Below are positions 36,353 to 49,929 of a stretch of DNA of 64,000 bases, one piece after another. Each line of letters opens with the position of its first letter. Position 1 is the first letter of the stretch. The stretch is from Selaginella moellendorffii. Taxonomy: Eukaryota > Plantae > Lycopodiophyta. The translations under genes and the position numbers were made by a program. The notes beneath the pieces are model-generated. The model worked only from the letters and a program-made list of their open reading frames with translations. It was not told the origin of the DNA and did no database searches. The DNA is taken from assembly GCF_000143415.4 (NCBI RefSeq), contig NW_003314264.1, positions 3,709,229 through 3,773,228 on the forward strand. Reading direction: 5' to 3'.

Positions 36353-38110
36353 ATGGGTTCCTCCTCGCCACAAAAGCCAGCATCGGCGGCGGCGGGGGCA
36401 GCAGTAGCTCCGCCACCAGCGCCGTCAAACTTTGGCGATTTCGTGCAGCGATTCGCATGGGCGTGCTTGCTCCGCCCGGGAGGAGTGAAGATGGCGCTCA
36501 AGGACGACGAGGATAGCGGCGGCGCTGAATCGTCGGAGTCCTCGGAGGATCAGTGGGTTAGCGGCGGCAAGGCTCGGAGCGGCGGCGGCGGCGCTGCTAC
36601 TGGCGGTGGTGGCGGCGCCGCCAAGCTTAGCAGTAAGAGCAAGAGCAGCTCTTTCAAGGAGACCAAGGAGGAGGACAACGATCACGACTCCTTCCACGAG
36701 GCGGAGTGGGAGTCCACCGCGTCCGCGGCGACGTCCGCCGCGCGGATCCACGCCCTGGAGTCGGCCATCGGCGAGGTGTTTGCCACCGTCTCGGCGCTCA
36801 AGTCGGCCTACATCCAGCTCCAGGCGGCGCACTCGCCCTTCGATCCCGAGAAGCTCCGCCTGGCGGACAAGGCCGTCATCCAGGAGCTCCGCCGCCTCTC
36901 GGAGATGAAGCACGGCTTCCGCGACCAGCAGCGGTTGCGGGATTCGTCCTCGACGCTCCACCAGCACCTCCACCAGCACCACCACCACAATGGGCGGCAG
37001 CAGCAGAGCCTCGAGGAGCACAACGAGGAGCTCCGCCGGAAGATCCAGGAGCTGGCCACCGCCGCGGGGATCAAGCAGCGCGCCATGGAAACGTACGAGG
37101 CGAGAGTCCGCGCGTGTGAGGCGGAGATCGAGCAGCAGAGGCTGGAGATCGACGAGCTCAACGACAATCTCGCGCGCGCGGTGGCGCGGCGGGAGAAGCT
37201 GGAGCGCCGGCTACGCAAGTGTGAGCAGCGATCGTCCGCCAATCACCACCACCACCACCACCATCGCCAGGGGATTGGATTGAGCTCCTCCGGAGGATCG
37301 CCATCGATCCTCGAGGGCAGCGGCGGTGGCGGGGGGCTCCTCAGCTCCATCGACGCATCGCCCACGCCCCAGATCTTCGAGGTGGCGGTCCAGAATGCGC
37401 GGGAATCGGCGCTCGCGTTCAGCAAGCTTCTGGTGAGCCTGATGCGCGGCGTGCAGTGGGATCTGGAGGCGGCGGCGGAGTCGATCGAGGCGGGGATCGG
37501 CTACGCCCGCCCCGCCCACCGCCGATTCGCCTTCGAGTCCTACGTGTGCCACCGGATCTTCTGCGGCTTCGAGAACGAGAACTTCTACATCAATGGCAGC
37601 CTCTCCTCCATCCTCGACCCCGTAAAGCACCGCGCCGAGTGCTTCCGCCAGTTCCGGGACATGCGCGCCGTCGATCCCGCGGATCTGCTGGGCATTACGC
37701 CGGAATGCCTGTTTGGGAAATTCTGCCACAGAAAGTACCTCCAGATCGTGCACGAGAAGATGGAGGAGAGCTTCTTTGGCGGGTTTGAGCAGCACCGCGA
37801 CGTGATTCTGGACGGGGGCCATCCACGGACGAGATTCTACCAGAGCTTCCTGCGCTTCGCCAAGGCGGTGTGGCTCGTCCATCGCCTCGCGTTTTCGTTC
37901 GAGCCGACGGCCACGATCTTCCAGGTGAAGAGAGGTACCGAGTTCGATCCCGCCTTCATGGAGAGCGCCGCGAGGAATGTGAGGATGAGTGATGACGACG
38001 ATGGCGTGAGGCCGCGCGTGGGTTTCACTGTCATGCCGGGTTTTCGTGTCGATAAGTGGATTGTCAAGTGCCATGTCTACCTGGATGGCATGGTCGCCTC
38101 CGAGGATTGA
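36353..38110 (+). CDS. DUF641 protein, GIL1 / IRK-interacting protein-like; single coding exon
   Basis: VFATVSALKSAYIQLQAAHSPFDPEK...DKAVIQELRRLSEMK, coiled coil, FAFESYV, KYLQIVHEKMEESFFG, VGFTVMPGF. Confidence 0.9.
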   Translation: MGSSSPQKPASAAAGAAVAPPPAPSNFGDFVQRFAWACLLRPGGVKMALKDDEDSGGAESSESSEDQWVSGGKARSGGGGAATGGGGGAAKLSSKSKSSSFKETKEEDNDHDSFHEAEWESTASAATSAARIHALESAIGEVFATVSALKSAYIQLQAAHSPFDPEKLRLADKAVIQELRRLSEMKHGFRDQQRLRDSSSTLHQHLHQHHHHNGRQQQSLEEHNEELRRKIQELATAAGIKQRAMETYEARVRACEAEIEQQRLEIDELNDNLARAVARREKLERRLRKCEQRSSANHHHHHHHRQGIGLSSSGGSPSILEGSGGGGGLLSSIDASPTPQIFEVAVQNARESALAFSKLLVSLMRGVQWDLEAAAESIEAGIGYARPAHRRFAFESYVCHRIFCGFENENFYINGSLSSILDPVKHRAECFRQFRDMRAVDPADLLGITPECLFGKFCHRKYLQIVHEKMEESFFGGFEQHRDVILDGGHPRTRFYQSFLRFAKAVWLVHRLAFSFEPTATIFQVKRGTEFDPAFMESAARNVRMSDDDDGVRPRVGFTVMPGFRVDKWIVKCHVYLDGMVASED

Positions 38111-39180
38111 CGAGAGATCTTTCTTTTGACTAGAAATCTAGCTGCGATCACGATCAAAGTTTTATAGAAGATCAAGAAATCTCTATGGAGTGGAGATATT
38201 TGCAACAGTGGATTTTCGATAAGTACATAGACACAAGTTTTATACAAATCTGGACAATGTCTAAAGAATTTTATCGCTCGAGCTTTGGATTTTCGGTTAA
38301 GTCTGCGGACATCCAAGGTGTGTATCTCTCGAACTTTGCCTTTGGCGTTTTCTTTGATATTTTTCTTTCATGGCTGGCTGTGTGCGTTCCATAAAGCTCC
38401 TGGCAGAAGTGGCACATGCCCCGTTTATTTTTGCTCGCGCAGACTTCAACGCTTGCCTGCTAAAAGTGCCAAGTGTTTTTCGCGTCATTGATTTCACGGA
38501 GCAAGCCGACAGACGCCAACTTCTCAGGCGTCGTTTGCTTCTGCTGTTCTCGTCTGCGAGAGGTCGTCTCTTTTCCTAGAATCGACACAAGAATTCATTA
38601 GCCTGTTGGAAAACAGTAGTAATAAGCATGACCTGTGGAGTAGCAGCAGCAGTAGTAGCAGCAGCAGGCACGGGAGAGGCTGTTACACCTGTTACAAAAC
38701 CAGAAAACACGCCTCTGCCTCGTCGCATAAACTCGATCAGGAAAAAATGAAGAAAAAGGAATTTGGATCACTACATACTTGGAAGCTGGAGTGATGAGCT
38801 ACACAAGTGTCTGGTGATGATGAAGATGAAGCTCAGGAAACATAGATAGTTATCTGTAGACGTCCCAAAAGCAAGCAGATAGTTTGGAGCAGAAAGACTA
38901 TGGCGGGCGAGGCAGAGGCGAGATGAATTTGCAGATAACTTTCAGAAGTTTGCAGATCATGACGAGGAGGCAGTAGAATTGGAGATGAATAACGAGGAAG
39001 CAGACGTGCAGAACTCGTCATACCTCGGAGCACAAAGACCAAATGAGTTTATCTCGAAACGAGAAAAGAAAGAAAAAACCGTAAACATACAACTTAGTTC
39101 TTACATGAAATCCACAAGGAAGAGATAACTTAACCCACAGCAGCAGCCTCCCCTCGTCCCGTTGTTTTTCGCAAAAGTTC

Positions 39181-40120
39181 TCAGTTGTAAGGACTGCGGC
39201 TGCGGCTCCGGCTACGCCTGTACCTGGGAGCTGGACTCCTGCCAAGAACAAAACATGCAAAAAAAAAAAAAAAAAAACCGAGTTTGCTTTGCAATGCGAA
39301 GAACAGAAAACATACCCATTGAGCGCTGGAGGTCCCCTCTCTCTCCTGGGAGGTGGAGACCGGCTTAAGCTGTTGTAGCGACGAGCGGGAGGTGGTGGCG
39401 ATCGACTGTAACTGTAACGACGACGAGCTGTTGGTGATATACTACGCCTCGGAGGACTGCGACTGTGTTATGCATTAGAGCATAAACAGTGAAGGTCTCA
39501 AAGGAAAAAAGCAAGAAAAGAGAAAGGGGAGGAGAAGAGTGGCGTACCCTCGTCCATAGCTGGGACTACGACGATATCGTGGTGGCGGACTCCGGCTCCT
39601 CCGTCGGCCCCCTCCTTTTCCCATTCCAGCAGCGCCAACGCGAAGAACGCACTCCCGCGCAAAATGTCCAGCCTCGCCACACTCGTAGCACTTTAGCTCG
39701 TCGCCGCCGCCGCCGCGGCCTTCGCGAGCTCCCGGATCCCTTCCACCACCGCGGCCACCGTTTGAGCTCCGCGATAGTTCTACTCGCCATCCATTTTTCC
39801 CTGGAAGTTCAAAAGAAGAAAAATGAGATTTTTTGCGGTTTTTTCTTGAGGAACTTTACCATTCATGTTTTGAATCGCGTCCTGGGCATCGCGGTAATCG
39901 TCGAACTCTATGAACGCGAAGCCCGGAGGCTTCCGGGCTACCCACACACTGCCAGCAAAATCGAGCCCCAGATTTGGATTCTTTGGCGCTGGAAAAAGGA
40001 CGAGAGGAGAATCGATTTGCGCGTGGCTTACCTTCGCAGCACGCCGAAGCTCCGGAACTCGTCCTCGAGCTCCCGCTCCGTCGATCGCGGATCCAGATTG
40101 CCGACGTAGACGCGCGCCAT
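39181..40120 (-). CDS. RSZ: Serine/arginine-rich splicing factor of the RSZ subfamily (RRM + Zn knuckle + RS)
   Basis: [61 protein letters not shown]-rich tail ending RSRSPYN*. Spliced, so absent from the ORF track. Confidence 0.93.
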
Positions 40121-40731
40121 GGACAAGCCGCTGAAGAAACCCTAGTTAGGGTTCTTCAGTAATGCTTAATGAAAAAGAAAAAAGTGAAAATTTTCTTATC
40201 CATCACGTCCACCTCGCAGATAAGCTCAAAAATCGCGCTTTCGTACTTTTCTTCTTGGTGTGTGCCCTAACGGCGTCGTTACGAAGAACAGTGAGGCCAT
40301 CGCAGCCGGGCAATGCCGCTGCCGCGCCGCCGCGATCGCGCCAGTGCCATCGGCTGGGCTGGGAAATGCGTAATCTCCAGCTCCACAGCTAGAGCGCCTC
40401 TCGAATGCCTAGGGTTTTAAGGTTGCTCCATCGGCAGAGCACAGCGCGCAGCTGCCGATGACGCCTGGGTGAGGTACTGCGGGGGATTCAAGCTGATCGG
40501 GCCCTATTTCGCGTTTCCAGTGCACAGACTCTCATCGCTGAGCGATTCGTCTCATCAGAATCCCCATAGGTACTACTCTTGATCAGATCGGCAGCATCCA
40601 GGTGTGGCCAGCTCCTGGCATTGATCGCTGGAACGCGTTTTGCTTCCATCGCAATTTTCGAAAGGTACACCCGATTTTTTTACCTCATCGGTGGTTCCTC
40701 TGGTTTTGTATCAGCGGATCACAAAGAGATC

Positions 40732-43387
40732 ATGGTCTCCAGATCGTATTCCAACCTTCTCGATCTCTCCGGGGAGTACCCGACTTTCATGCGCAGTGGA
40801 AGCAGCAGGCGGATGTCCAGAGTAATGACGGTGCCTGGGATGTGCTCCGAGAGCAGGGAGGAAGAGTCGGTTGCCAACCTCACCCCGGGAGAGAACGTAT
40901 CGTCCTCGATCTCTCAGGACAGGGCCATCATCGTGTCAAACGTTTTGCCCCTCCACGCTAGCAGGCGTCCGGATAATCTGTCTTGGGTTTTCAGCTGGGA
41001 CGAGGACTCTCTCCTTCTCAGGCTGAAAGACGGTCTGCCGGAAGACATGGAAGTTCTATACGTCGGCTGCTTGTCCGTGGACGTGGAACTCAGCGAACAG
41101 GATGAGGTAGCAGCGTATCTTCTCGACAACTTCAACTGCGTCCCGACTTTCATTCCACCGGATCTGAGGAACAGGTACTACATTGGGTTCTGCAAGCAGC
41201 AGCTGTGGCCTCTCTTCCACTACACTCTGCCGCTGACCCCGGAGCACGGTGGACGATTTGATCGACCACTGTGGCAGGCCTACCTTTCTGTGAACAAGCT
41301 GTTTGCGGACAAGGTGATGGAGATCATCAGCCCGGACGAGGATTACGTGTGGGTTCACGACTACCATCTCATGGTGCTGCCGACCTTTCTCAGAAAGAGG
41401 TTCAACAGGATAAGGCTCGGGTTTTTCTTACACAGTCCGTTTCCTTCGTCGGAGATATACAGGACTCTTCCGGTTCGGGAACATATACTGAGAGCGCTCC
41501 TCAACGCTGATTTGATTGGCTTCCACACCTTCGACTATGCGCGGCATTTTCTTTCGTGCTGTAGCAGGATGTTGGGACTGAATTACGAATCTAAGCGGGG
41601 CTACATCGGGCTAGAATATTATGGACGCACAGTTGGGATCAAAATAATGCCGGTCGGGATTCATATGGGTCAGCTTGAAGCAGGCTTGATTCGCAGTGAC
41701 ACGGAATTGCGTATAGCAGATCTGAAAGCACAGTACCAAGGCAAGGTTGTGCTACTTGGTGTGGACGACATGGATATGTTCAAGGGGATTGGACTTAAGT
41801 TCCTGGCGATGGAGCAGCTTTTGAATCAGAGGCCGGAATGGAGAGGCAAGGTGGTGATGATACAGATTGCAAATCCAGCCAGGGGCCGTGGCAAAGATGT
41901 TCTTGAGGTGCAGCACGAGGCCTACTCAGTGGCGAAGAGGATCAACCAGGCCTACGGAAGGGATGGATACCAGCCCGTGGTTCTACTGGAGAGACACGTT
42001 CCATTCCCGGAAAGGATCGCTTACTACACCATTGCGGAGTGCTGCGTGGTGACTGCTGTGCGGGATGGTATGAATCTCATTCCGTACGAGTATATAGTGT
42101 GCCGGCAAGGCAGCAGCGCTGCCTCGAATGGCACGGAGGGGGAGTCGCTGAAGAAGAGCATGCTCGTCGTATCAGAGTTCATTGGCTGCTCACCATCGCT
42201 GAGCGGCGCGATCCGGGTCAATCCTTGGAACATCGAAGCGGTTGCGGAAGCGATGATCATGGCTATAAGCATTCCAGAGTCAGAGAAGCATGCCAGGCAC
42301 GAGAAGCACTACAAATACGTGAGCTCCCACGACGTAGCATACTGGTCGCAGAGTTTCATGGGAGACTTGGAAAGAACCTGCAGTGGACACACGCGAAGGC
42401 GATGCTATGGGATTGGCTTTGGCCTGGGATTCAGAGTGGTGGCGCTGGATCCCAACTTTAGGAAGCTGTCTATGGAGCATATAGTGTCCGCGTACCGAAG
42501 GAGCAAGAGCAGGGCCATTTTACTGGATTACGACGGAACCATGATGCCTCAAGCGTCAATAAACAAGACCCCCAGTCCGGAAGTTCTACTGGTGCTGAAC
42601 TCCTTGTGTAGCAATCCCAAGAACATCGTCTTCATTGTGAGCGGTCGCGACAGGCAAATACTGAGCAACTGGTTCTCGCCCTGTGAGAAGCTCGGCCTGG
42701 CCGCCGAGCACGGATATTTCTATCGGTACGTGATACTACTTCACTACATTGATAACGTCATGGTTCTTTTCTATGCATGCAGGTGGATAAGAGATTCAGA
42801 TTGGCAGACTCTCGTCCCGGTCGTGGATTTTGAATGGAAGCAAGTGGCTACTCCGGTCATGAAGCTATACACGGAAAGCACAGACGGTTCGTGCATCGAG
42901 TCGAAAGAAAGCGCTCTCGTCTGGCACTACGGCGATGCGGATCCAGATTTTGGATCGTGGCAGGCAAAGGAGCTACATGACCATCTTGAGAGCGTGCTTG
43001 CAAACGATCCAGTCTCGGTAAAGAGCGGGCAGCACATAGTGGAAGTGAAACCACAGGTAGAACTTTCTCTCTACAGAATGTTCATTTTAATGGTATCCTT
43101 GGTGCTTGCAGGGTGTAAGCAAGGGCGTGGTTGTCGACAAGCTTTTGGCTTCCATGGCAAGCAAAGGAACGCCAATCGACTTCATTGTGTGCGTTGGGGA
43201 CGATAGATCAGACGAAGACATGTTTGAGACGATCGACACGGCGGTGGCATCACCTCCGCTTTCGTCTAATACGGAGATATTTGCCTGCACGGTTGGGCAG
43301 AAGCCCAGCAAAGCAAAGTACTACCTCGACGACACTGCGGACGTGATCAAGATGTTACAGGTCTTGTCCACTGCGCATGATCCATGA
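40732..43387 (+). CDS. Class II trehalose-6-phosphate synthase/phosphatase (TPS5-11-like), 3 coding exons
   Basis: MVSRSYSNLLDL, WVHDYHL, GFFLHSPFPSSE, DGMNL, LDYDGT, GDDRSDEDMF. Confidence 0.95.
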
Positions 43388-43737
43388 AGAACGCGGCCAA
43401 TGGAATCCAGCCAACGGAGAAAGCTCAAAGGAAAAGCCAAACGAGCAAAGCAAGCGATGTTATCAGGCAAGTCACTTTTCTCAATGTGCGAGAAACCAAA
43501 CTTCTCTTTCAATTGCAGTGAAGTCTGCCACAACAATGCATGAATTGATATGATTCAGGTGCATCTCTTGTTTGCTTTCAAGTCAAATATGAAAATGAGA
43601 GTGTCATGGTGTTTGCAGAAAATATACCAAATCGATTACGTCATTGACAAAACTTAAGGAGAAAAAAGTGTGATAGCTCTCAGGGGATATGCCATGCCCC
43701 AACGACCACCAGGAAGATAATAAACGAAACTGTGAGC

Positions 43738-46489
43738 TCATACCATGTGACGCAATCGTGACTGCAAAGCGGCAGCTCTCTTTCTCCTCCGAAATCGCCA
43801 ATAGATCACTGCTAAAAGCGCGAACCAAGCTAGAGGTATCAACCACCTGCAATGCAAAAGCAAAAGAGAAGCGAAAAAACTCTTTAGTTTTGAGCTCTAC
43901 TAGTTGGAGTTCGCGAAGAGATCTCTTACCTGTCCATGTCTAAGATTGGGCTATAAACTGTCGTCTCCCAGACTGCCACAATCGTTTGCCACACTGGATT
44001 GTAATACAGCAGCTCCGCCGACCAGAAAATCCTCGTGTAAGTCTCCAAGAACACGAACAGTCCCCATGCGGCCACTTCGAGCAGTAAGAACTTCACGACG
44101 AAGCGGCCAACGACCACCATGACGAGCGAGAAAACCACGAGCCAGTTGAAGAGCTTCTGGTTATAGTTGTCGACGAAGTGAGATTTCGTCCTTAGCATCA
44201 TCTGGAAACGGGAGTTAGCGAGGTTGATCGTGCTGACAAATCAGTGAGAGTTACCTTTGACAGCCTCTCGCGATAGGATGGTTTGGAAGGACCCATACAG
44301 CTAAGCTCGAACGTCTGGTTACACTCTTTCAAGCCGGCTGTGAACTTTGCCATTGAAGGCAGCCGCAAGTCTTGCATCTCTTCAATCTTGTTTTCGCATA
44401 GAGTGTAGTGCCGGTCACATTTCTTCGAGGATGCGTAGTCGTTATCGGTTTTTAATAGAGCATAAGCCTGACAAGAGCAAAGTTGTGGTCACCACCTCAA
44501 ACAAAAATTCGTTTTGCTTACCTTACTTAGTTCACTTTCCATCAGATGGAGGGCTCCGTCGCCGCGGCGCCTACCAAATCGCGCCTTATCGAACATCAAC
44601 ATAACTTTGGCAGCTGTCGTTTGATGAAAATCTTCAACCGACTGTTCCGGCATCGGCAACTTGAGCTTTGAAAGATCCTCGTTGTAAGCTTTCATGCATC
44701 GGTCGATGACCACTCGATTGAACGAGTCAACAACAGAGCCTGCAGAAGGAAATTCTCCTTCGTTCAAAGCTTCCAGCGTCTGCAGGAATATTGCAACGTT
44801 TCACAGGTAAATAAGGAAGTGAACACAAACCTGCTCGAGAAAAGCTGCAAACTCCTTGCCAGTTACTGTTTTCCCTTGCACCACCTTAGGCCGTATCATG
44901 GAACGCAAGAGTTCCTTTAGGCTCTCACGCTGTTTGATGTATTCTGGATCAAGATCGGAGTCGTCCATCTCACATAGTTTGGTGCGATGAAGGTGAGGCT
45001 ATCATCACAGCCTGTCAGAATAGAAATCAGCGACTATAGGAAAGACTCTAAACGTAATTACCTGCGGTAAGCCAAATGCTGTGCTGTTTTGTGCCATCAA
45101 ACTCAAAGACTCTCTAATGCGATTGACCTGATTGAAGATAGAATATTTCGACGTCACGAAACATGAAACTCTATCATACCTGATCAATGTCTTTGTCTCC
45201 TGAATTCAAAGGTCGAATGTCAGTACTAAATTTGCACATCACAGAAGAACATACCGGTGGGATTAACAACCGGTTGAAGAGCCTCCCTCACCATTTCTTG
45301 TACAGTTTTTCCCTCTATCATAAACAAATGTAAGAGCCAGAAACGACCCCTAGCATCTAGAAAACATACCAAGGAAATCTCGCTGAATGAGCCAAAGAAG
45401 TTTTGACGGTTCGAACGAGGCTGCATGTCCCTAGAGCACAAAAGACATCTGAGAAACTGTCATCCGTCAAGTGTACTGTACCTTCACACTGTAAACATCG
45501 AGAACCAAAAAGTGTGAGTCTAAACATAAGTCTTGGAGAAACAACGCACCGGCCATAAAACTCCTCGCCCAATTCCACTGCAAAAGAAAGTTTGGAGATG
45601 TCTGCTTCCCTGACCTGTACATAAAAAAAACCAAGTCAATTCCGAAAAGAAAATGACTAAGTACCGTCTCCGGAAGGTTGTAAATAAGAACTGAGCTAAG
45701 TAATGCTGCTAGAGCGAAAATCCTAGAATACTAGAGTTAGAAGGCTGGACAATCCAACACGAAAGGTTTTCACCTGTCATCGTAGACATTTGATTTTCCT
45801 ATGCTTTCGAATCCCTCCGTATCCATAAAGAGGACAGACGTGACCGAGTTGCCAATTGTCAACTCCATGGGTTCTCCCCATAGCCAGATGCCTGTGTGAG
45901 TATATTGTCAGCGTTGTAGGCCAGGCGAAAGCAATGTAAAACCTACCGCGAGTCTGCGTGTCTCGCAAGTGTCCAACTCCAAATCCTTGTATTCACAATG
46001 AAAACAATTTGGCACCAAGGAACCTTCGAAGTGACATAGCTTACCTTCATTGCAAGTGAGAGATAGAAGCTGGTTTAGAAGAAATGATTTTCCCGATCGA
46101 TAGGGACCTATGACCTGCGTGACAGCAAAGAAAAAGAGATCCATAACGAGCATAGATTCGTGCTTGCTCACGCACTACGCACCGCAACCACGGAAATTGG
46201 ATTCTTTATGCTTGAGATGAGCTCCAGTCCTTGTTTCGAGATTGCGAGCTTTGTGTGACCCGGATCTGGCTCCACGACGGGGAAGCTGGAGCGCAAAAAA
46301 GAGCCCGAAATTTCGATCGAAGCACACAGAGAAGAGATAAACGTACGCTTGATGCGAGAGGATCTCCAGAGGCCGCGCCCGGTCTAGACCTAGAAGCAAG
46401 ATCCAGAGTGAAAGAAGCCGCAGAAGCAATCCCATCGGCTGCTCGCCCTCGTCGCGGGCCTGCATTGACAGCATTTGAATCAGCTCCAT
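43738..46489 (-). CDS. Guanylate-binding protein (GBP/atlastin-like GTPase) with N-terminal signal and C-terminal TM helices; ends approximate (alternative ATG about 46435)
   Basis: P-loop GPYRSGKS, GIWLWG, DTEG, RIFAL...IYN, C-terminal hydrophobic segments. Confidence 0.85.
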
Positions 46490-47198
46490 GGCGCTAGGGC
46501 GCGCGCTTATCGATGCCGCTTACCTCGCCCACCACAACCAGTCACAAGGAACGGAGGTCAATGAAGAGAACCCGTACGGAAGGCCTCTATGACATGTCCA
46601 CGTCAGCTGCCACAGCGTGCTTGACTTTTGCAGCTACGTCAGCTTTTTGTCGACGTGTCACGCGTTTTTGGTTGCTTTCGTGGCAGGGTTTTACGACCAC
46701 GTCGGTGGGTGTGTTTTAAAGCCGGACTTGAAATGCGGGCCTCCAACGCGATTGAGGATTTCGTATTTTCCTTTTCTTCTCTGTGTGTTGACCATAGCCG
46801 CCGTTGAAAGTTCTCACTCGTGAGGGTTTCGTGCGCTTCTACAGGCGGCCGCGTTGGACCAGGACGCATTCGATCGCCGGGTAGGTCTTCTCGCATTCGC
46901 GGTGGCGGAGCTCGAATTTGGAGCACTGGTCACCGAATCCAGCCGGCGGGCAGTGGTTTCGCGAGAGATCTCGCGCCTCCTCTCGGTTGTTAGGTCGGGA
47001 TTGGATGGATTGGAGGCCTGGGGAATTCCGGGACGACAAATGCGAGCTACCTAGCCATAGGAATTTGGTCGATTAGAGGCGTGGCATCTGGGAATTGCTA
47101 GAGATGGCAGCGGCGACCAGATGATGCCAGATTTGGGAAGAGGAATTTAGGCTCCTGGATAGACACACAGGGTTTTTGGTATCCAATTTCTCTCTACA

Positions 47199-49402
47199 AT
47201 GGCACAGGAGAAAACCTCGGCTTATTTCACAGCTAGTGAGGCGGTCGAGTCACTAGGAAAAGGATTCGATGTGACTTTGGATCTTAGGCTTGCTGGATGC
47301 AAGGGCCCATCCGGGCGCCTCGTAGAGCTCGACGAGACAAGCCATGAAAACCTCTACGTCCAGGACCGGGTCGTCATTCCCAATGTTTCCAAAGACATAA
47401 GATGTGACAAGGGGGAGTTTACGCATTTTCGGTCTGAAGTGCTTACATTTCACCAGGCAAGCTCACGCTGAGACACATACTTTTTTTTGTTTCTCTTTGC
47501 TTTCTCGGTTGCTTACGAGCATTGCTGTTGCTGGTCTTTGCAGATGTCGGAGCGATTCAACCAAGAACTTTCTATCACCGGGAAAATGCCACTCGGGCTT
47601 TTCAATACCATGTACAGTTTCAATGGGCCCTGGCAGGCTGATGCCTCGACTACGAAAAGTCTCGCACTCGATGGCCGGTTTATAACATCTTATAAGCTGC
47701 AAATTGTCAAGAGTCCGTTGGTTTTGCGCGAGGAGGTGAAGAAGGCAGTCCCAGCGTCTTGGGATCCTGCTGCATTGGCCAAGTAAGCGATCTCGTCTTT
47801 CATCTCTTGTTTGGTAAGGAATTTTCTGACTGTGCGACACATACAAGGTTCATAGATACGTACGGGACGCACATTATTGTCAGTATCAAAGTAGGAGGTA
47901 AAGACGTTGTTTATGTCCGGCAACACCAGTCCTCACCGCTGTCGCCAACGGAGCTTCAAAAGTTTATCAAACGAATCGCCGATCAAAAGTTTGCCGAGAC
48001 AAATGGCCCCGTCAGTGATTCCAGAAATATAAAGGACAAGGTACGGTTGCTGCAATGTTTCAGCAGGACAAAAACATAATTTTTGTCGCGCTCTTTCAGA
48101 TGCAGACGTCGGACTTGCTCGCAGGTTCCAACCATGCTCACCGCTTGCAGCTAGAGACGCTTGCGTCGTCTGGTAGTTTTACAGCGAAGGAGGTAATGCA
48201 GCTCTTGGTTTTCCTCCTCATCTGCTCAGCTTTTTTGTTACACTGCAGGACGTTGAAATCATTTTTCGGCGAAGAGGTGGTAGCAATCTTCTGAAAAGTC
48301 ACAACGAGTGGCTTAAGACTGTGGCTGATGCTCCTGATGTCATATCCATGACCTTCGTTCCCATTACGTCTCTGCTAAACGGAGTACTTGGGAGTGGATT
48401 TTTGAGCCATGCGGTGAACCTTTACCTACGTCGTAAGTCTTGCTTGTTGATGACTTTGATCGTTTTTTTTCTAAACATCAGTCACACAGATAAACCTCCC
48501 ATCGAGGATTTACAGTACTTCTTGGAGTTCCAAATTCCTAGACAATGGTCACCGGGCTTTGATCTTCCTCTCGGGCCTCAAAGGAAAGAACCCGTGTGTC
48601 CGGCAATGCAATTCAGTTTGATGGGTCCAAAGCTGTATGTTAGTAGCGCGCAGGTCAGTTTACATACGGTGCTTTCTCTTGCTCGTTTACAAGCGTTTAC
48701 GTGTGTTCTCAGGTGACAATAGGAAGAAGACCCGTTACAGGACTACGGCTTTTCTTGGAAGGCAAGAAATGCAACAGACTGGGCATTCACTTGCAACACC
48801 TCTCGAGCCTTCCAAAGATCCTACAACCGCACTGGGACTCAAACGTCCCGATCGGGCCGCCGGTGTGGAAGGGCCCCGAGGAGCAAGACAGCAAGTGGTT
48901 CGAGCCGGTGCAATGGAAGAGCTTCTCTCACGTGAGCACGCAACCGGTGGAGTTCCTCGAGGAGTCCTACGTAGGCCAGACATCCGGCACCTACATTGTC
49001 ACCGGCGCACAGCTCGGAGTCTGGGACTTTGGCATGAAGAAGGTACTCTTCCTGCGGCTCCTCTTCTCCAGAGTCCCCGGCTGCGCCATCCGGAGAACAG
49101 TCTGGGATCACTCGCCAACGACGTCGCAAAAGTCCGGCCTCTTCTCGCAGCTCGGGCTGAGCTCTACGTTCTCGGGCGCTCAAAAGGCCAAGCCGGCCCC
49201 GGTGGTGCTCAACTCGGCCGTGTACCCGGGCGGTCCGCCGGTGCCGGTTCCAAGCCCGAAGCTCCTCAAGTACGTGGACATAACCGAGATGACCAAGGGA
49301 GCCCACGACATGCCGGGCCATTGGATAGTAACCGGCGCGAAGCTGGACGTGGACAGGGGCCGGATAGCGCTACGCTTGAAGTACTCGGTGCTGCATTATT
49401 GA
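47199..49402 (+). CDS. MACPF-domain protein, CAD1/NSL1-like
   Basis: LGKGFDVTLDLRL, VPASWDPAALAKFIDTYGTHII, PDVISMTFVPI, KPPIEDLQYFLEFQ, PGHWIVTGAKL. Confidence 0.92.
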
Positions 49403-49929
49403 TGTATAATTGGAATCGCGCGCGCGGCTTGATCATCCCTATCCCCTTCTTTTGACGCAAAGTTGGCGATCTTCTTCGTTCGTTACCTTGTGAAAAAAAT
49501 TCTCGCATCAAAACGTTGTATTTAGTATTGATACAATATAGTTGTTATTGTTTGCGCACACGCATTGATGGATGGAAGCTTGGACGACCGTGAATCACGA
49601 TAATGGTGGGGAAAGGGATAAAGGATCCTTAAACCTAACCAGCGCACGTGGAAATTGGGATGCTGGAGCCCTAAGGGATATGCGGCTCTTTCGTACGTCG
49701 GTACGGTAGGACACACACAAGCGCAAGCGCTGCGACGGAGCGAGCGAGCATGGGAAATGGGGGTTTTGCGCCCCGGCGCCACGCCAATCCTCGGCATTCT
49801 CACCTCTCTCTCGGCGCGATGTAAGCTCTCTCTCGATTCTTTGCTCTCGATTTCACAGTTTTCTCCTCTTCTCTGCTAGAATCCGGCGGCGCAGCTCCGA
49901 TATTTTGATCTAGTTCTTGCGCGATCGGC

